DNA of 64,000 bases, from positions 868,001 to 932,000 of the forward strand of contig CM076000.1 of assembly GCA_038087875.1 (NCBI GenBank), in the 5' to 3' direction. The notes below the pieces were generated by a model that saw only the letters and a program-made list of their open reading frames with translations, was not told the DNA's origin and searched no databases. The translations under genes and the position numbers were made by a program. This DNA comes from Malacoraja senta. Taxonomy: Eukaryota. Within the stretch, counting starts at the first letter, position 1, and each line of letters starts with the position of its first letter. Shown piece after piece: positions 41,704 to 54,600 of this stretch.

Positions 41704-44389
41704 TCTATCTATATAATATTAAAACTCTGTGTGTGTGTGTGTCTGCTTGACTTGTGCCAGCCAGCCCCTTTGATACGCGCTACGCCAACACCGCACGCAG
41801 AAATGCCGAGATTTTTTCCATTTCGGTAGAGATTTCACTTTTCTTTACGAGTAGCCACTCCTGATTAAATTCCGTCGTGTTTATGTACACATTTTAAATA
41901 AAATCCTTCTCCCCCCCGATCCCCAAAATTTCAAAATGTTATAAAAAAACAGCTCTCACCCATAGAATGTTGGTAAAGGTTCCATCGTGTGATGTCACAA
42001 TGCCCAATGCTCACAGATGTCCAATCGGAATGGATCCATTTACATATGCCTTTGCAGCAGCCCCAGCCCCTCCCCCCACCCCCGCAGCCTGTGTCGAAGA
42101 GCGTCATCACGTGTGTGGGAATAGAGAAAGAGGATTGGGAGTGATAGGGAATGGAGAAGTCCCTACCCCTCCCCCTTCCCACTCCCCCACCTTTCCCCTC
42201 TCTCCCCCCCACCCCTCTCCCCTCCCTCCACACTCTTCCCCCTCCCTCTTCTGCCCCATCTCCCTCCTCCCCCCTCCCTCACACCACTCTCCCCCTCCCC
42301 CATCTCTCTCCTCCCCTCTCCATCTCCCTCTCTTCACACTCTCTTCCCTCCCACCCCCTCCCCCCTTCCCTCTCTCCCCAACCACCCTCCCCCACCCCCC
42401 TTCCCTCCCCCACCCCTTCCCCCTCTTCACTCTTCCCCTCCTTCCACACTCTTCCCCCTCTCCCCTACCCCATCTCCCTCATCGCCTCCCTCCCCCCTCC
42501 CCCACACCTCTCTCCCCGTCCCTCTCTCCTTCCCTCCCCCAACCCTCTCCATCTCCCTCTCCTCACCCTCTCCCTCTCCTACCCCTCCTCCTCCCACCCC
42601 CATCCCACTCTCCCCCACCCCCTTGCCTCTACCCCACCCTCTTCCACTCTCCCCCCACTCCCTTCCCCTACCCCTCTGTCCCTCTTCCACCACTCCCCCA
42701 CCCCTCCCTCCCCACTCCTCTCCCCCTCCCCCTCCCCCACACCTCTCTCCCTCTCCCCCATCCCTCTCTCCTCACGTCCCCCAACCCCTCTCCATATCCC
42801 TCTCCTCACCCCACTCCCCCCTCCTCCTCCCACCCCCACCCCCCTTCTCCCTCCACACTCTTCCCCTCCCCAACCCCATCTCCCTAATCCCCTCCCTCCC
42901 CCATCCCCCCTCCCCCACACCTCTCTCCCCCTCCCCCATCCCTCTCTCCTCCCGTCCCCCTTCCCTCTCTCCCCTACCCCTGTCCTCTTCCACCACTCCC
43001 CCTACCACTCTCCCCTCCCTCCCCACTCTTCCACATCTCTCCTCCCTTCCCCCACCCCTCTCCCTCCCTCGCCCACCCTCTCTCCCCCCCTCCCTCCCTC
43101 TCTCCCCCCCTCCCTCCCTCTCTCCCCCCCCACCCCCTTCGCCTACCCCTCTCCCTCTTCCACCACTCCCCCTTACCCCCCTCCCCCTCCTCCTCCCTCT
43201 CTCCCACCACTCCCCCTACCTCCCCATTCTTCCACTTATCTCCCCCCCTGCCTCCCCATCTCCCTCCCCCACCCCTCTCTCCCCCCTCCCTTCCCACTCC
43301 CTCCCCAATCTTCCCCCTCTCCGCTCTCCCCCTCCCTCCACTCTTCCCCCTCTCCTCACCCTCTCCATCCCCCCTCCCCACCCCTCTTCACCCCCTCCCC
43401 CCACCCCCTTCCCCCACCCCCTTCCCCCACCCCTTCCCCTCTCTCTTGCACCACTCCCCGCTACCCCTCACTCCCCACTCTTCCCCTCTCCCTCCCCCCT
43501 CCCTCTCTATCCCCCTCTCTTCCATCTCCTCTCTCCCCTTCCCCTCATCCCCTCCCTCCACCTCTAACATCCCCACTTCCACTTATCTCCCCCCTCTCCC
43601 ACCCCCTACCCCTCTCCCCCTTCCTGCCCTCCTCCCACTCACCACTCTCCCCCCCTCCCCCACCCTGCTCTCCTCTCCCTCCCCAATCTCTCCCCTTTCC
43701 TCCTCCCTCTCCCCTTTCCTCCTCCCCATCTCCCTCCCTCCCCCTCTCCCCTCCCTCCCCTCTTCTCTCCACACCCCGTCTTCCTCTCCCCCCTCCCCTC
43801 TTCTCTCCCCACCCCGTCTCCCTCTCCCCCCCTCCCCTCTTCTCTCCCCACCCCGTCTCCCTCTCCCCCCCTCCCCCCGCCTGTGTGTTTGGTGGGTAGT
43901 AGTGTGAGTGTGATGCCGCAGCCCCCCCCCCCCGCAAAAGCGTGTTGGGGAAACAGCCCGCCAACAGTCTCTCTGTCTTTAAGAAGGAACTGCAGATGCT
44001 GGAAAATCAAAGGTACACAAAAAAAAGCTGGAGAAACTCAGCGGGTGCAGCAGCATCTATGGAGCAAAGGAAATAGGCAACGTTTCGGGCCGAAACCCGT
44101 CTGAAGATGGTTTTTGGCCCAAAGCGTTGCCTATTTCCTTCGCTCCATAGATGCTGCTGCACCTGCTGAGTTTCTCCAGCTTTTTTTGATGTACCAGTCT
44201 CTCTGTCGCTCCCCTCTCTCTCTCTCTCTCTCTCTCTGCCCTTCTCTCTTCACAGCCCGCGGCTCGACATGCACGCCCGCTCCAAACCCCCCCCCCTTCA
44301 CCTCTCTCCCCCATCCTCTCCTTCCTCTCCCCCCCCCCCTCCAACCGTGCTTTGGAGGAACAGACCCAACGGGTCTGCACTTGGTCTAG
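41704..44389 (+). mobile_element. Non-autonomous Helitron in CHST10 last intron
   Basis: Starts A|TC(TATC)TATATAAT (41704 or 41708), ends CTAG|T at 44386-44389, subterminal hairpin cagaccc-aac-gggtctg at 44361-44377; no TSD. Confidence 0.8.
42161..43880. repeat. ~1.7-kb C/T-rich low-complexity tract inside the Helitron
   Basis: The + strand is almost entirely C/T with degenerate internal repeats; it generates the spurious Pro-rich and Gly-rich ORFs. Confidence 0.95.
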
Positions 44390-44500
44390 TGTTCAATAAA
44401 AATCCAAATGGATAATTTGAATGGGATACATTTTGCACAGTAACACTCAAAATAGGTTTTAAATAGGTTTCAAATAGGTTTTAAATAGGTTTTCTCTAAC

Positions 44501-44606
44501 CTTTTTTTTACATCTGGTGCACTGTATGATGATAAGCGATATAGGCCATTCTTCTCATGATTATGGACCAAAGCCTCCGGTATGTCGTCAATGGATTTAA
44601 ATTCAC
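44501..44606 (-). CDS. CHST10: CHST10 penultimate coding exon
   Basis: tacag|(G)EFKSIDDIPEALVHNHEKNGLYRLSSYSAPDVKK(R)|gttaga; 106 bp, phase 1->2, fits both neighbouring exons. Confidence 0.92.
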
Positions 44607-46127
44607 CTGTATTGAGGAAAATGTTAAATTCAATGTTTCCAAAATTTAGTGATCTTAAATCTAAACTCTAAGTGTGTATGCAAATATTGTTTTTACTCTG
44701 AGTAAATAATATTGCATAGCATATACAGCAAAAAAAGGATTTGGCCCAATACACTTTCCCCTTAAATGTGTCCTTGATGTTTTCCGGAATTACCTTTTCA
44801 GAGTAATGATGCAAAAGTAGACACGGCCACAGATATGCACAAATAAATCTGGAATTTTAGTTAAGGCAAGCCAAAGAAGGCAAACAGCGAACGAGATAAT
44901 CAGGCTTTAGTGACAGGCGGGATACAGATTAGCCAAAGCTAACGAAGAGCATGGAGAAATCGTCTCCAAAGTTAGGGGAATATTATTCAGAAGATGCAAG
45001 AGTAGTGGGGAATGATGATACTGAGAAAGGCAATCACAAATGGGTGGAGGCAAACTTTCTAAAATATGACAATGGTACATCAAGAAACAGATTATTTCCC
45101 CCTCTGGGTACAACACCTGAGCTTCAATCTTGTGTGTCCAGAAAGAGTTACATATACCTGTGAAGTTATTTGTTTTTGATGGGTATAATAACAGGCCTCA
45201 ATTTACTTTAAAATTACAACAAAGACTCGTCCATTGCAAAAAAGAACTTGGCCTTTGTAATACCAAAGTTTATGACGTTGGATTTGAGAATATAGAATTG
45301 TTGACAAGTAAATCTGCCACTGTCCACGAGAGGGCTTGCTAGCATTTTTTAAATTGTTTTAAAAGAAAACAAAATCCCAAAACTACAAAATATCCAGTTT
45401 TTTTAAGTACTGACTGAGTTAATGTAAAGTTATTTCCATAATTAATGAAAAGGGTACAAAACAACGTAGTCAGATTGACTGTTGCTTTTTTGGAATGTAT
45501 TTTGCTTAAAATTATATTAATCAATTTGTTTTCCTTAATTAGTCCAGTGGAGAGACCAGTTAACAGTATATAAAAGTTGATAACGTTAAATACATATGCT
45601 CACAGCTGAAAGTAGCTTTGAGACTGAAAGTAAAAGATTTTCTTTGTATTTTGTATGACAAAAACTCGAAATACATTTAAGATCCTGTCCCAAAAGGCGA
45701 GTTTCTTCAAAAGGTGTTTCAAACAGGATGGATATAAACTCAACCTACTCAAATATAAAACTATGCTAGTAATCTACATAAAGTATATTAATCTCAGCAT
45801 TTTTCATGTTAACCACAAAATTAATATTTGAAACAAATAGATTCTATTGCCTAGCATTTACTGGTAGTTTCAGAATTACTTATGGGAAAGTGCATCACAT
45901 TAATTGTCCTTAATATTTTTTGCTTTACATTTCTCAGATTTCAAATAAGTGATGCACATTTTGTTCCATTTTAAATGGAATTAATAGGACCTAGAAATAT
46001 AGAATATAAAAACATGACTATTTTGGCTGTTGTCAATCTTTTCTATTCCTCACTGAAGGCATTGGTATTTACTGTGTCCAGTTCTATAGATGTCATCAGA
46101 TCTTTGGTACCTCATCAAAATAATCTG

Positions 46128-47080
46128 CGTGCTGCGTGCTCAGCCCCCTGCTGTACTCACTCTATACTCATGACTGCGTAGCCGGTCACAGTGCGAACTC
46201 CATCATCAAGTTCGCTGACGACACCACTGTGGTGTGACGTATCACTGATGGGGATGAGTCAGAGTATAGAAGAGAGATCGAGCAACTGTCCATATGGTGC
46301 CGGCACAATAACCTGGCCCTCAACACCAGCAAAACCAAGGAACTGATTGTGGACTTTGGAAGGAGTAGGATGGGGACCCACAGTCCCGTTTATATCAACG
46401 GGTCAATGGTTGAAAGGGTCAAGAGCTTCAAATTCCTGGGGGTGCACATCTCTGAAGATCTTTCCTGGTCCGAGAACACTAATGCAATTATCAAGAAAGC
46501 TCATCAGCACCTCTACTTCCTGAGAAGATTACAGAGAGTCGGTTTGTCAAGGAGGACTCTCTCTAACTTCTACAGGTGCACAGTAGAGAGCATGCTGACC
46601 GGTTGCATCGTGGCTTGGTTCGGCAACTTGAGCGCCCTGGAGAGGTAAAGACTACAAAAAGTAGTAAACACTGCCCAGTCCATCATCGGCTCTGACCTTC
46701 CCTCCATCGAGGGGATTTATCGCAGTCGCTGCCTCAAAAAGGCTGGCAGTATCATCAAAGACCCACACCATCCTGGCCACACACTCATCTCCCTGCTACC
46801 TTCAGGTAGAAGGTACAGGAGCCTGAACCGGAATAGCTACTTCCCCACAGCCATCAGGCTATTAAACCTGGCTCGGACAAAACTCTGATTATTAATAACC
46901 CATTATCTGTTATCTGCACTTTATCAGTTTATTTATTCATGTGTGTATATATTTATATTATGGTATATGGACACACTGATCTGTTTTGTAGTAAATGCCT
47001 ACTATGTTCTGTGTGCTGAAGCAAAGCAAGAATTTCATTGTCCTATCAGGGACACATGACAATAAACTCACTTGACTTGA
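46128..47080 (+). mobile_element. Rex1/Babar-type LINE 3' fragment
   Basis: LSPLLYSLYTHDC...IIKFADDTTVV, FKFLGVHISEDLSW, KKAHQHLYFLRRL; tail aataaa...cttgacttga. Confidence 0.8.
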
Positions 47081-48789
47081 CTAATCAGACTTCATTTTTG
47101 AGTGAGCCAAAAGTGACATCTGATCTTTTGTTATGATTTTTTAAACCCTAACCAGCATTTTGCATTAATTTGGGTAATGCAAGTAATGAAATTCCTTTAT
47201 TCAAAGGAATTCACCACGCTTGTGGATACCTGGTCATTAAATATATTGACAACTGAGATATTTTTGGACACAGGAAAGGATACAGAACCAGCAGGAAAGA
47301 GGATAGCAGAGATACAGGGATCAAAAATTATGATCATTATCATGGTCCTTATTTCATTACATTTTATATTTAAATTATGGTCCTTGATTATGCAAGGCCA
47401 GCAGCATAATCAAGGTGGATTTGCTCCCTGGCCACTCCCTGTTCTCCCCTCTCCCAGCAGGCACAAGGTAAAGAAGTGTGAAAATGCACACCTCCAGATT
47501 CAGGGTGTTTCTTCCCAGCTGTTATCAGGCAACAGAATCATCGTACCACAAACAGAGATACAGGGAATAACATTTAGTGCAAGGTAAAGCCAGCAAATTC
47601 CAATCAAGGATAGTCCGAGGGTCACCAAGAGGACCCTCGGCCTATCCTTGATTGGAATTTGCTGGCTTTACCTTGCACTAAACATTATTCCCTGTATCTA
47701 TACACAGTAAATGGCTTGACTGTAATCATGTATTGTCTTTCTGCTGACTGGATAGCATGAAATAAAAGTTTTTCACTGTAGCTCGGTACATGTGACAATA
47801 AACTAAACTGCAATTAAATGGTGATGTTGGTTTGATGGACAGGAACACCCAACTCAATTGCTGCTAGTAAGCTTATGTGTAATAATGTAGAAAATGGAAA
47901 AGACAAATTCTAACATGCTCAAAGATTTCATGCAGGGTATTCGGCTTAGCTTGGATTAAATGGTGGCTCCACAATTGGAGAAGAACACTGTGAAGAAGTC
48001 TCTCCAGCAGTTGTGACAGATTTGCAAACAGTTTGAGGGCTAATGATGACGCCACAGGAGATCATTGTTCCCTGCGGCTATCAAACTGTACAACTCCTCC
48101 CCCTTCTGTCGTGAGGTAGACTGATGCCCCTACCTCCCCCACCCCCTCCCCCTCCCCAAATCTTTGCACATCCCCAATCCTTTCCACTCATCACTTTAAT
48201 TTCATGTTTCATGTATCTTGTGTTTTATGACTGGTGGCAGATCAATTTCCCTCCTAGGATAAATAAAATTCTATTGTATCCTATGACAGGCACACTTGGT
48301 TTCATCCTTCCTGTCACAATACACCACTCTTACCTACTGGTAAAATAGTGAGCTGCAGTGTCAAGGCAAATGGAGCTTAATTCAGACAAGTGTGAGGTGG
48401 TGCAATTTGGGAGATCAAATCAACACTATTTTGGGAGTAACCTTGGGTCCATGGAAAAACTTCCTGAAATCCTCTCCACCAATAAGATTGCCCAAATTCT
48501 TACCTGCCTATATCTCTTGTTTAACATCACACCAAGTGGAATACCTTTCAAATTATAGCAACATCAGGCTGATAAAGTGGTACATGAAAGGCAGTATGAT
48601 TGCTCTATATAGCACATTAGTTCATAAGGAATCCTTGCATGCACATAAAGCCTTGGACCCATTTACACTGCTTCACTCCTTCATCATTGGAAAAATACGG
48701 CTGCAGTATGTGCATGGTGTGGTGTGCTACAAACGCTCAGATGCTGCAGCTCTCATTTAGAATTTAGAGCAGAGCATTGAGCAATTCAG

Positions 48790-49590
48790 AATAGGAACAG
48801 ACTCTCAGTCCACCATACCTATGCTGACTGTGATGCCAATATTACTAATCCCATCTGCCTGGACATGGTCTGTATCCCTCTGTTCATGTGTCTGTTTTAA
48901 TGCCTCTTAAATGTTGCTATCATATGCTGCTGTCGCTTTGCCTGGCTGCATGTTCCAGGCACCAACCACACTAGATGGAAACAAAACCTGTGTCTCAAAT
49001 CTTCTGAAACTTTCCCCTCTCACCTTAAACCTTTGCCCTCCAGTATTTGATATTTCCTGGGAATAAAACACTCTATTTTGGCCTCTGACACTCCAGAGAA
49101 AATAATCCATGTTTTCTGATCTCTCCTAGTACGTAATCCAAAGGAGGCAGCATCCTGGTAACCCCGTTCTGCATACTCTCCAAAGCTCTACATCTTTCCC
49201 ATAGTGTGGCGACCAGAACTGCAAATAATACCCGTTGGCCTAATCAGACTTTTATACAGCTGCATCATGACTTTATCAACTTTTATACTGAATGCCCAGA
49301 CTGTTGAAGATATCTTCTTGCCATCTATCCACTTGTGTTGGCACTTTAAGGGAGCTGTGGGCATGCACCCCAAGGTCCCTCTGTACCTCAATGCTCCTAA
49401 GAGACCCGCCATTTACTGTGTATGTTTCTTGCATTCTGTCTCCCAAAATGTAACGCCTCACACATGTCTGGATTAAACTCCATTTGCCATTTCTCTAGTC
49501 AAAGTTCTAACTGATCTTTATCCTGCTCTATCCTTTGATAATCTTCCTCACTGCCCACAATTCCACCAGGTTTTGTGTCATCTGCAAACT
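48790..49590 (-). mobile_element. Old CR1 3' fragment
   Basis: Degenerate FADDTK, QRDLGV and MQLYKSLIRP motifs on the minus strand. Confidence 0.75.
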
Positions 49591-49659
49591 GACTAATTAC
49601 AATTAAAACACAAAGTACTTGTACTATGACTCCAGGATAAGCACTCAACTAAAAAAGCC

Positions 49660-51455
49660 ATAGAGTCATAGAGTGATACAGTGTGGAAACAGGCCCTTCG
49701 GCCCAACTCTCCCACACCGGCCAACAATGTCCCAGCTACACTAGTCCCACTTGCCTGCGTTTGGTCCATTTCCCTCCAAACCTGTCCTATCCATGTACCT
49801 GTCTAACTGTTTCTTAAACGACGGGATAGTCCCAGCCTCAACTTCCTCCTCTGGCAGCTTGTTCCATACATCCACCACCCTTTGTGTGAAAAAGTTACCT
49901 CTCGGATTCCTATTAAATCTTTTCCCCTTCACCTTGAACCTATGTCCTCTGGTCCTCGATTCCCCTACTCTGGGCAAAAGATTCTGCATCTACCCGATCT
50001 ATTTGTCTCATGATTTTGTATACCTCTATAAGATCTCCCCTCATCCTGCTGTACTACATGGAATAGAGACCCAGCCTACACAACCTCTCCCTATAGCTCA
50101 CACCCTCTAGTCCAGGCAACATCCTCGTAAATCTTTTCTGAATCCTTTCAAGCTTGACAATATCTTTCCTATAACATGATGCCAGAACTGAACACAATAT
50201 TCTAAATGCGGTCTCACCAACGTCTTATACAACTGCAACATGACTTCCCAACTTCTATACTTAATACTCTGACTGATGAAGGCCAAAGTGCCAAAAACCT
50301 TTTTGACCACCTTATCTACCTGTGACTCGACCTTCAAGGAACCATGCACCTGTACTCCTAGATCCCTCTGCTCTACAACACTACCCAGAGGCCTACCATT
50401 TACTGTGTAGGTCCTGCCCTTGTTCGACGTCCCAAAATGCAAAACCTCACACTTTTCTGTATTAAATTCCATCAACCATTCCTCCGCCCACCTGGCCAAT
50501 CAATCCAGATCCTGATGCAATCTTTCACAACCATCTTCACAGCAAAACCACTATCTTTTGTATCATCAGCAAACTTGCTAATCTTGCCCTGCATGTTCTC
50601 ATCCAAATCATTGATGTAGATGACAAACAGTAACTGGCCCAGCACCGAACCCTGAAGCACACTACTAGTCACAGGCCTCCAGTGCGAGAAGCAACCTTCC
50701 ACCATCACCCTCTGCTTCCTTCCATTGAGCCAATTTGCAATCCATTCAACTATCTCTTCTTGGATCCCATGCGACCTCACCTTCCAGAGCAGCCTACCAC
50801 GCGGAACCTTGTCGAATGCATTACTGAAGTCCATGTACACAACATCTACAGCTCTGCCCTCATCAACCTTTTTGGACACGTCCATAAAATCAATCAGATT
50901 TGTGAGACACGACCTTCCATGTACAAAACTATGATGACTATCCATAATCAGCCCTTGCCCATCCAAATGCCTGTATAATCTATCCCTCACAATACTCTCC
51001 AGTAATTTACCAACTACAGATGTTAAACTCACCGGCCTATAGTTCCCAGCATTTCCCCTGCAGCCCTTCTTGAAAAGAGGCACAACATTTGCCACCCTCC
51101 TGTCTTCCGGCACCTCTCCTGTATTTAAGGACGACTCGTAAATCTCAACCAGGACTCCCGCAATTTTCTCTCCAGTTTCCCGCAATGTCCTCGGATATAT
51201 CTGATCAGTCCCTGGAGATTTGTCTACCTTCAAACACGAGAGTACCTTCAGTACTTCTTCGACAGTAACCCTGACTTCTCTCAAGACACTTCCAGTGACT
51301 GCTCCAATTTCTTACGTCCTATGGTCTTTCTCTTCAGTAAATAGAGGAGCAATACTCATTTAGGACCTTGGCCATGTCCTGTGGCTCCACACAGAGGTGA
51401 CCTCTTTGATTCCTGAGAGGTCCCACTCTCTCTCTAGTTACCCTTTTCCCCCTTA
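49660..51455 (-). mobile_element. CR1 LINE 3' portion (continues at 57243-57365 beyond the Helitron)
   Basis: ORF 50472-51284 with NYRPVSLTS, VVYMDFSNAFDKVP, FADDTK; CR1 3'UTR and tail near 49660. Confidence 0.92.
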
Positions 51456-51630
51456 TCTATATTACTAAAAGTCTGATCTTGACCACTTCCTGTTGTTCTG
51501 TATATTGATTTTAGAAAAAAAACGCTGCCACTTACGGCTGTGATTTTTGGCCATCTTACTCAGAGTCCCCCTCCGCTGCGCAGGACAAGAGGATTTTCCC
51601 CATCGATGAAAAATAAAAGAGTTATTAGTT

Positions 51631-54600
51631 GGAGAGGTCGCAGAGGGAGGAGCTACACCCGAGCGGTAGGATTTAAAAGAGGAGCGCGGGGCTTGCTTCT
51701 ACAGAGGCCCGAGAGCCGTTGGAGAGGTTGCAGAGGGAGGAGCTACACCCGAGCGGTAGGATTTAAAGAGGAGCGCCGAAATCTGCAACGTTCCAAGTTC
51801 CACTTAAAAAACAAGTGGGTTTGAGGAAGCCGCTGATTGGCGGAAGCAGACAAGAGGGAGCAGCTGATTGGGAGTCAGATCCCTGCTGATTGTACTGTAT
51901 TGTAGCAGTTTGTTTTGTATTGTATCCTAGGTAAGGGGAGTATGAGGGCCAGGGCAGTTTACTGTTCTGGATGTCAGATGTGGGAAGTCATGGAGTCTGA
52001 TAGCCCTCCAGACGTCCACATCTGCGCCAGGTGTATCGAGATGGGGCTCCTAATGGACCGTATTAGGAACCTGGAGCAGCAGCTCGATGACCTCCGTCTG
52101 GTCAGGGAGAGCGAGGAAGTCATTGAGAGGAGTTACAGGGAGGTGGCCACTCCAAGACCACAGGAGGCAGGCAAGTGGATCACGGTTGGGAGAGGCAAGG
52201 GGCACAGGCAGGGACTAGAGAGTACCCCGGTGGCTGTACACCTTGACAATAAGTACTCCTGTTTGAGCACTGTTCGGGGGAACAGCCTACCTGGGGGTAG
52301 CGACAGCGGCCGGGCCTCCGGTATAGAGACCGGCCCTGTTGCTCAGAAGGGTAAGGAAAAGAAGAGGAGGACAATACTAATAGGGGACTCTATAGTTAGG
52401 GGGTCAGACAGGCGATTCTGTGGACGCAGTCGGGAGACCCGGATGGTAGTTTGCCTCCCTGGTGCGAGGGTCTGTGATGTGTCTCAACGTGTCCAAGATA
52501 TCCTGAAAGGGCAGGGAGAGGAGCCCGAGGTCGTGGTACATATAGGTACCAATGACATAGGTAAAAAAAGAGAAGTGGTCCTGAAAGGAGAATTTAGGGA
52601 GTTAGGAGGGGAGTTAAAGAGAACGACAGCAAAGGTAACAATCTCGGGATTACTGCCTGTGCCACGCGACAGTGAGAGTAGGAATGGAGTGAGGTGGAGG
52701 ATAAATGCGTGGCTGAAGGACTGGTGCAGAAGGCAGGGATTCAAATTTCTGGATCATTGGGACCTCTTTTGTGGAAGGTTCGACCTGTACAAAAAGGATG
52801 GGTTGCACTTGAACCTGAGGGGGACCGATATCCTGGCGGGGAGATTTGCAAAGGCTACTGGGGAGACTTTAAACTAGAATGGTTGGGGGGAGGGACTCAA
52901 ATAGAGAATGCTATTAGACAGTGTGTGAGGCAGGAGGCAGAGAAGGAAAGCACTCAGACCCAACATGCAGGGGGGAAAGAAGAAAACAATAATAAACAGA
53001 GAATAAGAGGTGGTGGGGTTCTTAAATGGGTGAGCAGAGAAACAGAGGGGTGTAAAATGTGGGCGGAAGCAATAGGTAGCAAGGTGAAAAGTAAAAGTGG
53101 CAGGCAGACAAATCCAGGGCAAAAATCAAAAAGGGCCACTTTTCAACATAATTGTATAAGGGGTAAGAGCGTTGTAAAAACAAGCCTGAAGGCTTTGTGT
53201 CTCAATGCAAGGAACATTCGTAATAGGTGGATGAGTTGAACGTGCAGATAGCAATTAATGATTATGATATAGTTGGGATCACGGAGACATGGCTCCAGGG
53301 TGACCAAGGCTGGGAGCTGAACATCCAGGGATATTCAATATTCAGGAGGGATAGAGAGAAAGGAAAAGGAGGTGGGGTAGCGTTGCTGGTTAGAGAGGAG
53401 ATTAACGCAGTGGAAAGGAAGGACATTAGCTTGGAGGATGTGGAATCGGTATGGGTAGAGCTGCGAAACACTAAGGGGCAGAAAACGCTGGTGGGTGTTG
53501 TGTACAGGCCACCTAGCAGTAGTAGTGAAGTTGGGGATGGCATCAAACAGGAAATTAGAAATGCGTGCAGCAAAGGCAAAACAGTTATAATGGGTGACTT
53601 CAATCTACATATAGATTGGGTGAATCAAATTGGCAGGGGTGCTGAGGAAGAGGATTTCTTGGAATGTATGCGGGATAGTTATCTAAACCAACATGTAGAG
53701 AAACCAACGAGAGAGCAGGCTATTCTAGACTGGGTATTGAGTAATGAGGAAGGGTTAGTTAGCAGTCTTGTTGTGCGTGCCCCCTTGGGCAAGAGTGACC
53801 ATAATATGGTTGAGTTCTTCATTAGGATGGGGAGTGTTAATTCAGAAACAACGGTTCTGAACTTAAAGAAAGGTAACTTTGAGGGTATGAGATGTGAATT
53901 GGCCAAGATTGACTGGCAATTAGTTCTAAAAGGGTTGACGGTGGATATGCAATGGAAGGCATTTAAAGACTGCATGGATGAACTACAAAAATTGTTCATC
54001 CCAGTTTGGCAAAAAAATAAATCAGGGAAGGTAGTGCATCCGTGGATAACAAGGGAAATCAGGGATAGTATCAAAGCAAAAGATGATGCGTACAAATTAG
54101 CCAGAAAAAGCAGCATACCAGAGGACTGGGAGAAATTCAGAGACCAGCGGAGGACGACAAAGGGCTTAATTAGGAAAGGGAAAATAGATTATGAAAGGAA
54201 ACTGGCAGGGAACATAAAAACTGACTGCAAAAGTTTTTATAGATATGTGAAGAGAAAGAGATTAGTTAAAACAAATGTAGGTCCCTTGCAGTCAGAAACA
54301 GGTGAATTGATCATGGGGAACAAGGATATGACGGACCAAATCACACGGTATTGGGGGTTCAGTATTGATGTGGATAGAGAACTGGCTGGCAAACAGGAAG
54401 CAAAGAGTAGGAGTAAACGGGTCCTTTTCACAATGGCAGGCAGTGACTAGTGGGGTACCGCAAGGCTCAGTGCTGGGACCCCAGCTATTTACAATTTATA
54501 TTAATGAACTGGATGAGGGAATTGAAAGCAACATCTCCAAGTTTGCGGATGACACTAAGCTGGGGGGCAGTGTTAGCTGTGAGGAGGATGCTAGGAGACT

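Noticed and set aside
41967..43899. Long Pro/Ser/Leu-rich ORFs (up to 582 aa) and Gly/Arg/Glu-rich antisense ORFs
   Set aside because: They arise from a stop-free C/T low-complexity tract inside a Helitron; there is no evidence of a gene.
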